Below, piece by piece: positions 1-13,644 of a stretch of DNA of 41,847 bases. Below the pieces are notes generated by a model. That model searched no databases. It was given only the letters and a program-made list of their open reading frames with translations, and was not told the origin of the DNA. The stretch is from contig JBEBHE010000002.1 in assembly GCA_040081205.1 (NCBI GenBank), forward strand, positions 1 through 41,847, written 5' to 3'. How positions within the stretch are numbered: position 1 is the stretch's first letter; each line of letters begins with the position of its first letter. This DNA is from Burkholderiales bacterium. GTDB taxonomy: Bacteria; Pseudomonadota; Gammaproteobacteria; Burkholderiales; SG8-41. The position numbers and the translations under genes were made by a program.

Positions 1-1
1 T

Positions 2-661
2 GACTACATGGTGAACGAACAGAAAACGATACCCGCGCCGCTAAACTATTGCCCACCCGGCTATTCTCCCTATCCAAAATCCATCTGCACGTCGGTTAAC
101 CATGTGATTTGCCACGGCATCCCTGGCGAGAAAAAGCTCAAGAACGGTGATATTGTAAACATTGATATCACCGTCATCAAAGACGGTTATCACGGGGATA
201 CCAGCCGCATGTTTTACGTAGGCGTGCCTTCGATTCAGGCCAAACGTCTATGTGAAATCACCTACGAGTGCATGTGGCGTGGCATCCGCAAAGTAGCGCC
301 CGGTGCACGCCTTGGCGACGTAGGCCACGCCATCCAAAGTTATGCCGAAGCCAACGGTTTTAGCGTGGTACGCGAGTTCTGCGGCCACGGTATCGGCAAA
401 AAATTTCACGAAGAACCACAAGTTGTTCACTATGGCCGTCCAGGCACGGGGGTGCCATTAAGCACCGGCATGACGTTTACTGTAGAGCCCATGATTAACG
501 CCGGCAAAGCCGACATACGAGGACTCGCCGACGGCTGGACCATCGTCACCAAGGATCATAGTCTTTCGGCGCAGTGGGAGCACACGGTTCTGGTCACGGA
601 AACCGGCTTCGAGGTGCTGACCGTATCGGCAGACATGCCGCCGGAACCCGTGCTCGTCTGA
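2..661 (+). CDS. map: Methionine aminopeptidase type I, C-terminal ~220 aa; the 5' end is cut by the window edge
   Basis: The frame is open from nt 2 (DYMVNEQ...). It aligns by eye with E. coli Map from NDYIVNEQ onward, including ICHGIP, NIDITVIKDGYHGDTS, REFCGHGIG, HEEPQV, TVEPM and SAQWEHT. It sits directly upstream of glnD, as in many proteobacteria. Confidence 0.9.
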   Translation, partial: DYMVNEQKTIPAPLNYCPPGYSPYPKSICTSVNHVICHGIPGEKKLKNGDIVNIDITVIKDGYHGDTSRMFYVGVPSIQAKRLCEITYECMWRGIRKVAPGARLGDVGHAIQSYAEANGFSVVREFCGHGIGKKFHEEPQVVHYGRPGTGVPLSTGMTFTVEPMINAGKADIRGLADGWTIVTKDHSLSAQWEHTVLVTETGFEVLTVSADMPPEPVLV

Positions 662-665
662 GATT

Positions 666-3254
666 ATGGCCGGCCCCCTGCCTGCAAAATCCGAGCAAGA
701 CGGCACGTCAAGTATGGAACGCTGGAAACAGACGCTCGATAGCGGTCGCGCTGCGCTGCGTGCAGCGTTCGAGCAAAAACCTTCCGCGCCCGATCTGTTG
801 CGTAAATACTGCGCTCTGGTCGATCAACTACTGCGCGATGTATGGCAAGTGCATGATCTACCTGCAACACTGGCGCTAGTGGCGGTCGGCGGTTACGGAC
901 GCGGGCAGCTTTTCCCCTACTCCGATATCGATTTGTTAATTCTGCTGGATCATCCCGCAGATGAAGCCCTGCAGGAGAAACTGCAACGGCTAGTTGGCGC
1001 ATGGTGGGATATCGGACTTGAAACGGGCCACAGCGTGCGCACTGTTGCCGAATGCGTGGAAATCGCAACGCAAGATATCACGGTGCAAACAAACCTGCTG
1101 GAACCACGACTGATCGTGGGTAATCGCAAGCTCTACAAACATTTCGTGGACGACACATTGGCCGTGCTCGATCCACTGTCGTTCATGCAGGCCAAGCGCC
1201 TCGAACAACAACAGCGTCACACACGCTATGAAGAGACCAACCTCGAGCCCAACGTCAAGGAGCGCGCTGGCGGCCTGCGCGACCTGCACTACATCCTGTG
1301 GATCGCGCGTGCTGCGGGTTACGGCAAAAGCTGGCGCGACCTGGTGCGGCGCGGTGTCATCATTGATGCGGAATCCCGGGATATTCAACGCCACGAACGG
1401 TTTTTGCATACGCTGCGCATACGTTTGCACTATCTCGCGGGCCGACGCGAAGACCGGCTGATATTTGATTTGCAGTCGGCGCTTGCAAAACAATTCGGCC
1501 TGATAAATCGCGCAAACCGCCTGGCGAGCGAACAATTAATGCAGCGCTACTACCAGTCTGCAAAAGCCGTTTCGCAGATTGACAGTATTGTGCAGCAAAA
1601 TCTGCGCGCGCGACTGACCGGCGTACGGTCCATCAAACTACAGCCGCTCAATGACAATTTCGGCGTGCGCAATGAAGTGCTTTCGATGCGCGGCGACGAT
1701 GTTTATGAAAAACATCCGGAGGCCATACTAGAAACGTTCCTGCTGCTGCAACAGCACCCTGAACTCAAAGGCATCGGCGCCAATACGCAACGCGCGTTAT
1801 GGCGCGCACGCAAGTTAATCGACCCGAAATATCGCCGCAATCCGCATCATCGTGAGCAATTTTTGAACATCCTGCGCAGCCCCGATCGGGTGATTCGAGA
1901 ACTGCGCCGTATGAATCAGCTAGGCATTCTCGGCAGCTACCTGCCCGCGTTTGGGAAAATCGTCGGACAGATGCAGCACGACCTGTATCACGTCTATACT
2001 GTCGATGAGCATATTCTGCGCGTCATTCGCAATCTGCGCCGCTTCGCCGTACCGGAACTAGTGCATGAATTTCCATTGTGCAGCCGGTTGCTGTCCGAAT
2101 TCGACAAACCCGATGTGCTGTACCTCGCAGGCCTGTTTCATGATATCGCCAAAGGTCGTGGCGGCGATCACTCGACGCTCGGCAAAGCAGATGCTGCGCG
2201 CTTTTGCAAGGCACACGGCTTGTCGAGCGAAGACTGCACTCTGGTCGTGTGGCTGGTCGAACAGCACCTGATGATGTCGAGCACCGCACAAAAACAGGAT
2301 CTGTCCGATCCTGACGTAATACAAGCGTTCGCGGCCAAAGTATTGACCGAGCGACGGTTAATTGCGCTGTATCTGGTAACGGTAGCGGATATCCGCGGCA
2401 CCAGCCCGAAAGTGTGGAACGCGTGGAAGGGCAAGTTACTCGAAGACCTGTTTCTGATTACGCAGCGTTTGCTCACTGGCAACATGCCAACGGTGGAAAA
2501 CAGCCAGCGCGCGCGGCAGGACGAGGCACGCAGCAAGCTGAGACTGTACGCACTGGACGATAGTGCGATCGATAAATTCTGGACTAAGCTCGATACTGCG
2601 TATTTTTTACGACACGACCCGCAGGAAATCGCATGGCACACACGCACGCTTTACTATCGTGCACAAACAGCGGATCCGATCATCAAAGCGCGTCCGTCGC
2701 GTGCCGGCGAAGGATTACAGGTCATGGTGTATGTTGTCGATCAGCCGGAATTGTTTGCACGTATTTGCGGTTTTTTTGAAGGTATCCGTTACAACATTCA
2801 CGAAGCGCGCATCTACACCGCACCCTATGGCTACGCACTCGACACATTTCAGGTGCAAGACCCGGACAATTCAAAAGTCGATTATCGCGATCTCACAGCC
2901 TACATTGAACATGAACTGGGCGAACGGTTGCGTTTGAAAGCGCCCCTGCCGGCACTGACAACCCCACGCCTCAGCCGCCAGTTACGGCATTTCCCGATAT
3001 CGCCCGAAGTCAGCATACAAAGCGATGAGCGCGGGGTTTACCAAGTGCTTTCCATTATTGCCGGCGACCGCCCTGGATTGTTGTCGCGCATCGCGCGACT
3101 ATTTCTCGCTTACGGGATCAATCTGCATACGGCCAAAATCAATACATTGGGCTCGCGCGCTGAAGATACTTTTCTGATTACCGGCGATGCGCTCAACGAC
3201 CCAAAAAAAGTCGTGCGCATGGAGAATGATTTGATCGAAACACTGAAGATTTAG
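666..3254 (+). CDS. glnD: [Protein-PII] uridylyltransferase / uridylyl-removing enzyme
   Basis: The 862-aa protein has the nucleotidyltransferase motif GGYGRGQLFPYSDIDLLILL and an HD domain (LFHDIAKGRGGDHS). Two C-terminal ACT-like repeats are present (VMVYVVDQPELFARI, LSIIAGDRPGLLSRI). The map-glnD synteny is conserved. Confidence 0.95.
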   Translation: MAGPLPAKSEQDGTSSMERWKQTLDSGRAALRAAFEQKPSAPDLLRKYCALVDQLLRDVWQVHDLPATLALVAVGGYGRGQLFPYSDIDLLILLDHPADEALQEKLQRLVGAWWDIGLETGHSVRTVAECVEIATQDITVQTNLLEPRLIVGNRKLYKHFVDDTLAVLDPLSFMQAKRLEQQQRHTRYEETNLEPNVKERAGGLRDLHYILWIARAAGYGKSWRDLVRRGVIIDAESRDIQRHERFLHTLRIRLHYLAGRREDRLIFDLQSALAKQFGLINRANRLASEQLMQRYYQSAKAVSQIDSIVQQNLRARLTGVRSIKLQPLNDNFGVRNEVLSMRGDDVYEKHPEAILETFLLLQQHPELKGIGANTQRALWRARKLIDPKYRRNPHHREQFLNILRSPDRVIRELRRMNQLGILGSYLPAFGKIVGQMQHDLYHVYTVDEHILRVIRNLRRFAVPELVHEFPLCSRLLSEFDKPDVLYLAGLFHDIAKGRGGDHSTLGKADAARFCKAHGLSSEDCTLVVWLVEQHLMMSSTAQKQDLSDPDVIQAFAAKVLTERRLIALYLVTVADIRGTSPKVWNAWKGKLLEDLFLITQRLLTGNMPTVENSQRARQDEARSKLRLYALDDSAIDKFWTKLDTAYFLRHDPQEIAWHTRTLYYRAQTADPIIKARPSRAGEGLQVMVYVVDQPELFARICGFFEGIRYNIHEARIYTAPYGYALDTFQVQDPDNSKVDYRDLTAYIEHELGERLRLKAPLPALTTPRLSRQLRHFPISPEVSIQSDERGVYQVLSIIAGDRPGLLSRIARLFLAYGINLHTAKINTLGSRAEDTFLITGDALNDPKKVVRMENDLIETLKI

Positions 3255-3263
3255 ACACGCTCG

Positions 3264-3797
3264 TCAATCGTCAGCGACCTCTTCACCGGGAAACAGCTCT
3301 GCGGTAAAACCGAAGTTCCGCATATCGCGTATGCGCATCGGATACAAAATACCCGCCAGATGATCACATTCATGCTGCACAACGCGCGCATGGAATTCGC
3401 CTACCGTGCGATCGATTTTCTTGCCGTTTTCGTCAAAGCCCTGATAACGAAGATTTAGAAAACGCGGCACCAACCCGCGCATACCCGGAACAGACAAGCA
3501 GCCTTCCCAGTCTTCTTCCATCTCGTCGTTCGTGGGTGTAAGGGTCGGATTGATGAGTATGGTGAAGGGCACCGCCTCGGCATCGGGGTAACGCGGATTC
3601 ACGTCAACGCCGAAGATGACCACTTGCAGATTTACCCCGATCTGTGGCGCCGCCAACCCGGCACCATTTAACGAAGCCATGGTGTCGCGCATATCTGAAA
3701 TGAGTTCCTTTAATTCGGCGGTGCGGAAGTTCTTCACCGGCCGCGACGGCGCCAACAACCGCGGATCACCCATGCGTAACACCGGCTTAATTGCCAT
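3264..3797 (-). CDS. def: Peptide deformylase
   Basis: The 177-aa protein carries the three deformylase motifs [18 protein letters not shown] and HECDHLAG. It is not next to fmt and overlaps the upstream phosphorylase gene by 11 nt. Confidence 0.93.
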   Translation of the reverse strand: MAIKPVLRMGDPRLLAPSRPVKNFRTAELKELISDMRDTMASLNGAGLAAPQIGVNLQVVIFGVDVNPRYPDAEAVPFTILINPTLTPTNDEMEEDWEGCLSVPGMRGLVPRFLNLRYQGFDENGKKIDRTVGEFHARVVQHECDHLAGILYPMRIRDMRNFGFTAELFPGEEVADD

Positions 3798-4530
3798 CTG
3801 ATGCCACCGCTTCTAATATTTTGACCACTCGCACCATCAACGAGCGGCCCAATGATTCCGCTTGCGGCAAATCGATCGCTATCGCGCTCGTCCCGGTACC
3901 CGCTGCAGCGTTCACCACGACCGCCAGCGTCGCGTAGCAAAGACCCAGTTCACGCGCGAGGGCCGCTTCGGGCATTCCGGTCATACCCACCATGTCGGCG
4001 CCATCACGAGCCAGTTTTGTGATTTCGGCAGCGGATTCGAGTCGCGGGCCTTGCGTGGCCGCGTACGTACCACCGGCATGCATCGACTCGCCAGCGCGTT
4101 GTGCCGCACGCACTAGGGTTGCGCGCATCGATTCGCAATACGGTTGCGTGAAATCAATATGTTTTATTTCGCCGCTCTCACCGTCAAAAAAAGTGGAAGC
4201 CCTGCCCCACGTGTAATCGAGAATCTGATCAGGAATCGCCAGCGTGCCCGTGCCGAAGCCTGACCCTATTCCACCCACGGTTGCCACTGCCACAATGTTT
4301 TTAACCCCTTGCGCATGCAATGCCCACACATTCGCGCGATAATTTATTTTGTGCGGCGGCAATCGATGGTCTTCACCATGCCGCGCCAGAAACACCACGT
4401 CGCATTCGTTCAGCCGCCCGAACACCAACTGCGCCGACGGCTTGCCGTAAGGCGTGGAAACGGTCACTTGCCGTGCAGATTCCAGCGCCGACAATCGATC
4501 AAGTCCGCTGCCGCCGATAATCGCCAGCAT
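3787..4530 (-). CDS. PNP/MTAP-family nucleoside phosphorylase (methylthioadenosine or methylthioinosine phosphorylase-like)
   Basis: The 247-aa protein has the N-terminal IIGGSG motif, [15 protein letters not shown] and DMVGMTG, all typical of MTAP/MTIP enzymes. It lies in an operon with hpt. Confidence 0.85.
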   Translation of the reverse strand: MLAIIGGSGLDRLSALESARQVTVSTPYGKPSAQLVFGRLNECDVVFLARHGEDHRLPPHKINYRANVWALHAQGVKNIVAVATVGGIGSGFGTGTLAIPDQILDYTWGRASTFFDGESGEIKHIDFTQPYCESMRATLVRAAQRAGESMHAGGTYAATQGPRLESAAEITKLARDGADMVGMTGMPEAALARELGLCYATLAVVVNAAAGTGTSAIAIDLPQAESLGRSLMVRVVKILEAVASDGN

Positions 4531-4533
4531 GAT

Positions 4534-5088
4534 TTATTCCGGATCCTTCATAGCGTAGATTGACGGCAGATTGCGCCAATAACCGTGAATATCCATGCCG
4601 AATCCAAATACATAACGGTTCGGCAGAGTTACGCCGACGAAATTCGCAATGAGCGGTTTTGCCTTGCCCGTCTGCTTGTCCGCGAACACCGCGATCACGA
4701 CTTTGTGTGCATTCATGAGCAGCAGTTTATCGCGTATTGCTTTCAGCGTAATGCCTTCGTCCAGAATATCGTCAACCAGCAACACCGTACGTCCGGCGAC
4801 CTCTGAGACAGGCATCGCACGAAAAATAATTTCTCCGCCACATGTGCCGTCGCTATACCGGGTAGCATCAATGCTATCGACGTGTAACGGAAACGTGAGC
4901 TGCGGCAGCAATTGGCCAGCGAATACCACCGCGCCGCGCATCACCACAATCACCAGTGGGTTGGTGTCAGCCAATGCAGCGCAAATTTGGTGAGCAACGC
5001 GTGATACGGCTGCATTGACTTGCGCGGCCGGGCAAATTTCTTCAGAGCGCTTCAGTATTTCGCATGCACGCAATGGGGATATTTTCAT
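4534..5088 (-). CDS. hpt: Hypoxanthine-guanine phosphoribosyltransferase (type I PRT)
   Basis: The 184-aa protein has the PRPP-binding motif VLLVDDILDEGITL and C-terminal VFGFGMDIHGYWRNLP, as in Hpt-family proteins. Confidence 0.8.
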   Translation of the reverse strand: MKISPLRACEILKRSEEICPAAQVNAAVSRVAHQICAALADTNPLVIVVMRGAVVFAGQLLPQLTFPLHVDSIDATRYSDGTCGGEIIFRAMPVSEVAGRTVLLVDDILDEGITLKAIRDKLLLMNAHKVVIAVFADKQTGKAKPLIANFVGVTLPNRYVFGFGMDIHGYWRNLPSIYAMKDPE

Positions 5089-5102
5089 TAAAAATGAATA
5101 TC

Positions 5103-5121
5103 CAATAAAAACAAATACTTA
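5103..5121. repeat. AT-rich 19-mer motif, copy A (CAATAAAAACAAATACTTA)
   Basis: It lies in the ligA-hpt intergenic region and ends 14 nt upstream of the hpt start. It is 18/19 identical to copy C. Confidence 0.6.
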
Positions 5122-5153
5122 TATAAGAATCTGACAAAGCAGTATGCGCATGA

Positions 5154-8278
<3,125 letters not shown>

Positions 8279-8300
8279 GGGCGCGCCATCATGATATTCG

Positions 8301-11300
8301 TTACGCAGCCTCGGACAACTTCATGGCTTCCTCGATGTCCACCGCTACCACGCGCGACACGCCAGGTTCCTGCATGGTGATTCCAAGCAACTGGTTGGCG
8401 ATTTCCATGGTGATTTTGTTGTGGCTGATGAACAGAAATTGCGAGCCCGCGGACATTTTTTTCACCAATTCACAGAAGCGCTCAGTATTATGATCATCAA
8501 GCGGCGCGTCCACCTCATCCAACAAACAGAACGGCGCAGGGTTCAGCTGGAAAATCGCGAACACCAGCGACAGGGCCGTGAGCGCTTTCTCGCCGCCCGA
8601 CAGCAGATGAATGGTACTGTTTTTCTTGCCCGGCGGCTGCGCCATCACATGCACACCGCAATCAAGAATCTCTTCGCCGGTGAGTGTAAGTTTCGCTTGT
8701 CCACCGCCGAACAACGCGGGGAACATCTCGCTGAAATGGCGGTTCACTTCATCGAAAGTCGTTTGCAGCCGATCACGTGTTTCTCGATCGATGCGCTTGA
8801 TCGCATCCTCCAGAGTGGTCATCGCTTCCGTCAAATCACGCGATTGCGCATCAAGATAGTCACGCCGCTCCTGCGCGGTTTTAAGTTCTTCCAATGCCGC
8901 CAGATTCACGGCACCCAACGCACGAATTTCTTCGTTAATACGATTGATCTCGGACTGCAGGGCGTTCGAACGCGTACCCTTTTCCAGCAACGCAGCAAGT
9001 TCTTCTTCGTTGGCGCCAGCTTCCGCGAGTTGTTGCGCATATTGCTCTTCAGTCAAGCGCGCCTCTTGTTCTTTCAAACGCACCTCGGCAATGCGTTCGC
9101 GTAGCGGCTCCAATTTTTGTTCGACGGAAAGGCGCTCCTGCTCCACCGTACGCAACTGCGTATCCATGCCTTCCAGCGCATCGCGCGCCTGCGCCAGTGC
9201 TTGCTCGCGCGTCACACGCGTTTCGAGCATCGCCTGCAACTGCGTTTGCCACGGTGCCTCATCGAAGCCCGAAAGATCTTGTTCAGCTTCGCTGATGCTC
9301 GATTCCGTAGCGGATATCGAAGTTGACAAACGTTGAATGGAATTATCTGTCTCTTTGATTTTATTTAGTATTGTTTTTTGAACATAAAGTGCTTCCTGAT
9401 GCGCTTGGCGCGCCTGTTCCAACGCCTGCCGCTGCGCATTCAGGGCGGATTCAGCGCCGTGATAATCCTCGGCGGACCGCTCAACACGCAACGCCAATTC
9501 GACGCTTTCCGTTTGCAATTGCTGAAACGCAACATCCGCTGAAGTGCGCTGAGCGGCTTCAACCGTAGCCAACGCAGCAATTTCGGCAATCTCGGCAGCA
9601 ATCTGTTCACCGCGCTGCGTCGCGCGCTGCGATTGCTCGGACAGACGCAGAGATTCCATTTGCGCATCGTGAAATTGCTGCTGCAAGGTATTCACGCCGG
9701 CGCGCAGATCCATCGCCTCGTCCCGGCATCGCTCTATCGCCTGATCTGCCGCTGTGACAGCTGATTTGAAGCGATCCAGCGCGGCACGCTCGTATTGCAA
9801 ATCACTTTCGAGTTTTTCGATTTCGCGCTGCCGCGACAACACGCCATGCAATTCGCTGTCGGGTGCGTGAAAGGTCACGCTGTGGCGGGTAAACACGTAA
9901 CCATTGACCGACACCAGCACCCCGCCCGGCGCCAAGTCCGCGCGTCGTGCCATACCGGTGGCCGTATCAGACACGGTATAAACGCCATGAAGCCATTCGT
10001 TGACGACGGCCTGCAAACGGTGATCGCGGCATGTGACGTATCGTGTTAAAGGCTCCAGGCCCATGCCGCCCGCATCGGGCAACGATGCGCCGTTGCCCCG
10101 CAAATCGATCACCGTCATCTTGCCCGGCGGCGGTTGCGACAACCAGTCGGCAACGCTATCGACTTGCTCCAACGCGATGCCATTGAGCCGTTCACGCAAT
10201 ACCGCTTCCAGCGCATCCTCCCAGCCAGCGGCAATCTCAATGCCCTGCCACAATCGCGGCGCTTTATCCAGATTCCGGCGAGCTTGCCAGCCCTCCATAT
10301 CGTTTACATTGGCACCGCGTGCGAGCTTCGCCTGCAACTGCGACAGCACATGAATGCGCGCTTCGATGGCTGCGAGTTTTTGCGTGGCGGCATCCAGTTC
10401 GGTTTGACGATCCCGCGCCGCCTGCTCCAGACCGGGCAATTCCCCCTCTTTGACCTCAAGTTGGGTGCGCCGCTGGGATAGTTGTGCCTCGCATTGCTGC
10501 ACACGCTCGTTCAGTTGTGCCAGCGCAGCAACATCTGGCGCCGGTAGCGCATTGCGCTCTTCCGTCAGCCGCACTTGCCGTTGTGCAAACTGCTCCAGCA
10601 GGCGGACGGCATGGCCAATCTTGGTTTGTTCGACCTGCAAGCGTTGCCGGGTTTGCGCCAGCGAGTGCTGCAACGCTTCGCGCTGCTGATAGAGGGTACG
10701 GTGCGCCGCTTCCGCCAGTGGCAGCTTTTGCCCCTGTGCGTTCACTTCCGCTCCGGCAACCACGACGCTTTCATCGGCGTGCAATTGTTCCGCTCGCGAT
10801 TCGTCCATGCCACGTTGTGCATCCAGCAACTGCGTTTGATTGCCATCCAATTGCGACCGTAAGGTCGCAATGTGGTGCTCGATGCGGCTGCGATTTTCGC
10901 GAATGTGGGCAATCTGCTGTTCGAGGCGAGCCACTTCGGCATTCGCTTCATATAACGAACCCTGACACGCGTGCAGCGCATCTCCCGATTTATAGTGTTC
11001 GGCGCGCAGCGTTTCAAGCCGGCTCTCGGCCTCGCGCAGCTTGGCCGTCTCGGCTTCCAGCTCAATGCCGGTACGCTCGATTTCTTTGGCATGGCGGTTA
11101 CGTGCCGCCGCTGCTTCTTTTCTGCGGGTGAACCACAGCAAGCCTTGCAGCGTGTTGAGTTCACCTTGCAATTCGTGATATTTACCGGCGACTTCCGCCT
11201 GTGCCTGTAAATGCTCAAGTTGCTTGGTCAATTCCTGACGAATATCCTCCACGCGCAACAGGTTTTCACGCGTATCACGCAAACGCAATTCGGTTTCGCG

Positions 11301-11831
11301 GCGCCGCTCGCGATATTTGGAAACGCCTGCGGCTTCTTCAAGAAATACGCGCAGGTCTTCGGGCTTGGCCTCGATCACACGCGAAATCATGCCCTGTTCA
11401 ATAATGGCGTAGGCGCGTGCGCCCAAACCGGTGCCAAGAAAAATATCGGTCACGTCACGACGGCGCACCGGCAAATTATTGATGTAATACGTGGAGTCGC
11501 CATCGCGCTCAATCACGCGTTTGACAGATATTTCACCGTAGGAAGACCACTGTCCTGCTGCTTTGCCGAGACTATTGTCGAATATCAATTCAACGCTGGC
11601 GCGATTGACCGGTTTGCGGTCGCCGGAACCGTTGAACAAAACGTCCTGCATGGTTTCGCCCCGCAAATGGCGGGCAGAGGTTTCACCGAGCACCCAGCGC
11701 ACGGCGTCGATGATGTTTGACTTGCCACATCCATTGGGGCCGACGATACCCACTAACTGGCCCGGCACCGGTATTGGCGTCGGTTCTACAAAAGACTTGA
11801 AACCCGCAAGATTGATATGAGTGAGGCGCAA
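8301..11831 (-). CDS. smc: Chromosome segregation protein SMC
   Basis: The Walker A motif is GPNGCGKSNIIDA. Long coiled-coil arms and a hinge are present, with the signature LSGGEKALTALSLVFAIF and Walker B LLDEVDAPLD. The ORF is open up to 11942, but the conserved N-terminus (M)RLTHINLAGFKSF begins at a TTG at 11829-11831. I call that start; the ATG at 11891 is an alternative. Confidence 0.93.
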   Translation of the reverse strand: MRLTHINLAGFKSFVEPTPIPVPGQLVGIVGPNGCGKSNIIDAVRWVLGETSARHLRGETMQDVLFNGSGDRKPVNRASVELIFDNSLGKAAGQWSSYGEISVKRVIERDGDSTYYINNLPVRRRDVTDIFLGTGLGARAYAIIEQGMISRVIEAKPEDLRVFLEEAAGVSKYRERRRETELRLRDTRENLLRVEDIRQELTKQLEHLQAQAEVAGKYHELQGELNTLQGLLWFTRRKEAAAARNRHAKEIERTGIELEAETAKLREAESRLETLRAEHYKSGDALHACQGSLYEANAEVARLEQQIAHIRENRSRIEHHIATLRSQLDGNQTQLLDAQRGMDESRAEQLHADESVVVAGAEVNAQGQKLPLAEAAHRTLYQQREALQHSLAQTRQRLQVEQTKIGHAVRLLEQFAQRQVRLTEERNALPAPDVAALAQLNERVQQCEAQLSQRRTQLEVKEGELPGLEQAARDRQTELDAATQKLAAIEARIHVLSQLQAKLARGANVNDMEGWQARRNLDKAPRLWQGIEIAAGWEDALEAVLRERLNGIALEQVDSVADWLSQPPPGKMTVIDLRGNGASLPDAGGMGLEPLTRYVTCRDHRLQAVVNEWLHGVYTVSDTATGMARRADLAPGGVLVSVNGYVFTRHSVTFHAPDSELHGVLSRQREIEKLESDLQYERAALDRFKSAVTAADQAIERCRDEAMDLRAGVNTLQQQFHDAQMESLRLSEQSQRATQRGEQIAAEIAEIAALATVEAAQRTSADVAFQQLQTESVELALRVERSAEDYHGAESALNAQRQALEQARQAHQEALYVQKTILNKIKETDNSIQRLSTSISATESSISEAEQDLSGFDEAPWQTQLQAMLETRVTREQALAQARDALEGMDTQLRTVEQERLSVEQKLEPLRERIAEVRLKEQEARLTEEQYAQQLAEAGANEEELAALLEKGTRSNALQSEINRINEEIRALGAVNLAALEELKTAQERRDYLDAQSRDLTEAMTTLEDAIKRIDRETRDRLQTTFDEVNRHFSEMFPALFGGGQAKLTLTGEEILDCGVHVMAQPPGKKNSTIHLLSGGEKALTALSLVFAIFQLNPAPFCLLDEVDAPLDDHNTERFCELVKKMSAGSQFLFISHNKITMEIANQLLGITMQEPGVSRVVAVDIEEAMKLSEAA

Positions 11832-11917
11832 TTTGTTACTTTGACAGAGGTTATAATCAAGGTGAATCGGCGTAAAAACGTCGCCCGTCATTCTAACTGA
11901 TTTACCTCTCGACGATA

Positions 11918-12334
11918 ATGCCAAGCAAGCCTTCCGCAGCACTTGAAACGTTCCCGAATCCCGCGCCGCGGCGCGACTACAGGATTCACATGGAAGTTCC
12001 TGAATTTACCTGCCTTTGTCCGAAAACCGGCCAGCCTGATTTCGCGACTTTGGTGCTGGATTACGTGCCGGACAAGCGTTGTGTCGAGTTAAAAAGCCTC
12101 AAACTCTATGCGTGGTCGTTTCGCGATAAGGGCGCATTTCACGAGGCCGTGACAAATCAAATGGTTGACGACTTGGTAAAGGCGCTGACACCACGTTTCA
12201 TAAGGCTGACTGCGCGCTTTTACGTGCGAGGCGGCATCTTTACCACGGTGGTTGCTGAGCACGTGAAGCGCGGCTGGAAAATATCGTCGCTGCCGGAATA
12301 TGCTGAGAACGCCAACTCGGCGAGCACACGCTAA
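11918..12334 (+). CDS. queF: NADPH-dependent 7-cyano-7-deazaguanine (preQ0) reductase, short type
   Basis: The 138-aa protein has the QueF motif [15 protein letters not shown] with the catalytic Cys, and a C-terminal GGI motif typical of unimodular QueF. Confidence 0.92.
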   Translation: MPSKPSAALETFPNPAPRRDYRIHMEVPEFTCLCPKTGQPDFATLVLDYVPDKRCVELKSLKLYAWSFRDKGAFHEAVTNQMVDDLVKALTPRFIRLTARFYVRGGIFTTVVAEHVKRGWKISSLPEYAENANSASTR

Positions 12335-12397
12335 AACCTCGGTTGCCACGTCGTCCGCTTTAAATCCGCTTTATAATCCTCACCTTGTATCATTCTG

Positions 12398-13630
12398 GTG
12401 TTTCGCACTGCGAAGCGAACGGCAGCATTCCGAAAGCATCCTTTGAATCCCGATCTGGACAAACTCCAAAGCTATCCGTTTCAAAAACTGAGTGCACTGC
12501 TCGAAGGTGCCAAACCCGATCCCGGCCTGACGCCGATCTCACTTTACATAGGTGAGCCGAAACACCCGACGCCGGATTTCATCAAGCAGGCGCTGATCGA
12601 CAATTTGGCCGGCATGGCAATTTACCCGGCAACTGTCGGCAGCGAAGCGTTGCGTACGGCTATAGCGACATGGGCGAAGCATCGTTACCACGTCACACTT
12701 GATCCCGCGACGCAAGTGATACCCGTGACCGGCAGCCGCGAAGCACTGTTTTCGTTTGCGCAGGCGGTAATTGACCCGAGCAAGCCGGATCCCGTGGTTA
12801 TTTGCCCCAATCCGTTTTATCAAATTTACGAAGGTGCTGCACTGCTGGGACGCGCCACGCCTTATTTTCTGAATAGTCTGCCGGCGAATCGCTACGCAGC
12901 GAATCTCAATGACATCCCCGACACGGTTTGGAAACGCACGCAACTGATCTACACCTGCTCGCCAGGCAACCCAACCGGCGCGGTGATGTCATTGGCCGAA
13001 TGGAAAGCGCTGTTCGATCTGTCGGACCAATACGGCTTTGTCATCGCCTCCGACGAGTGTTATTCGGAAATTTACTTTGAAGAAGGCAAGCCGCCGCTCG
13101 GCGCGCTTGACGCCGCGAGGCAATTGGGCCGTGACGAGTTCCCACGGCTGGTCATGTTTTCTAGTCTGTCGAAGCGTTCTAATGTGCCCGGCATGCGCTC
13201 CGGCTTTGTAGCGGGGGACGCGGCGATTATCAAGCAGTTCCTGCTCTATCGCACATACCACGGTTGCGCCATGAGCGGCCCGGTGCAGGTCGCGAGTGCC
13301 ACTGCGTGGGGTGACGAGGTGCATGTCATTGAAAATCGCCGCCTGTATCGCGAAAAATTTGAGACGGCACTGTCAATCCTGAAACCGGTGTGCGATGTCG
13401 ATTGGCCTGACGCGGCGTTTTACTTGTGGCTCCCCACGGCGGGGAGCGATACGGATTTTGCAAGGCGGCTTTATATCGAGAAGAATGTGACCGTGCTACC
13501 CGGCAGTTTTTTAGCGCGCGACTCAGCCGGCGTGAACCCCGGCAAGAACCGTGTTCGCGTCGCCTTAGTATCCACGAGCGAAGAGTGCGCCGAAAGCGCT
13601 CGCCGCATCGCGGATTTTATTGTACAATAA
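12398..13630 (+). CDS. dapC: Succinyldiaminopimelate transaminase (class I aminotransferase)
   Basis: The 410-aa protein has a PLP-lysine region SSLSKRSNVPGMRSGF. The N-terminus NPDLDKLQSYPFQKL is as in betaproteobacterial DapC, and the gene is immediately upstream of dapD. The true start may be the TTG at 12443 ((M)NPDLDKL) rather than the GTG at 12398. Confidence 0.85.
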   Translation: MFRTAKRTAAFRKHPLNPDLDKLQSYPFQKLSALLEGAKPDPGLTPISLYIGEPKHPTPDFIKQALIDNLAGMAIYPATVGSEALRTAIATWAKHRYHVTLDPATQVIPVTGSREALFSFAQAVIDPSKPDPVVICPNPFYQIYEGAALLGRATPYFLNSLPANRYAANLNDIPDTVWKRTQLIYTCSPGNPTGAVMSLAEWKALFDLSDQYGFVIASDECYSEIYFEEGKPPLGALDAARQLGRDEFPRLVMFSSLSKRSNVPGMRSGFVAGDAAIIKQFLLYRTYHGCAMSGPVQVASATAWGDEVHVIENRRLYREKFETALSILKPVCDVDWPDAAFYLWLPTAGSDTDFARRLYIEKNVTVLPGSFLARDSAGVNPGKNRVRVALVSTSEECAESARRIADFIVQ

Positions 13631-13644
13631 TATCAATAATATTG

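Noticed and set aside
11832-11917. A possible preQ1 riboswitch upstream of queF
   Set aside because: The 86-nt leader shows no compact hairpin or pseudoknot with the conserved preQ1-I/II features that I could recognise. TTGACA and TATAAT are only 5 nt apart, so they do not form a canonical promoter either.
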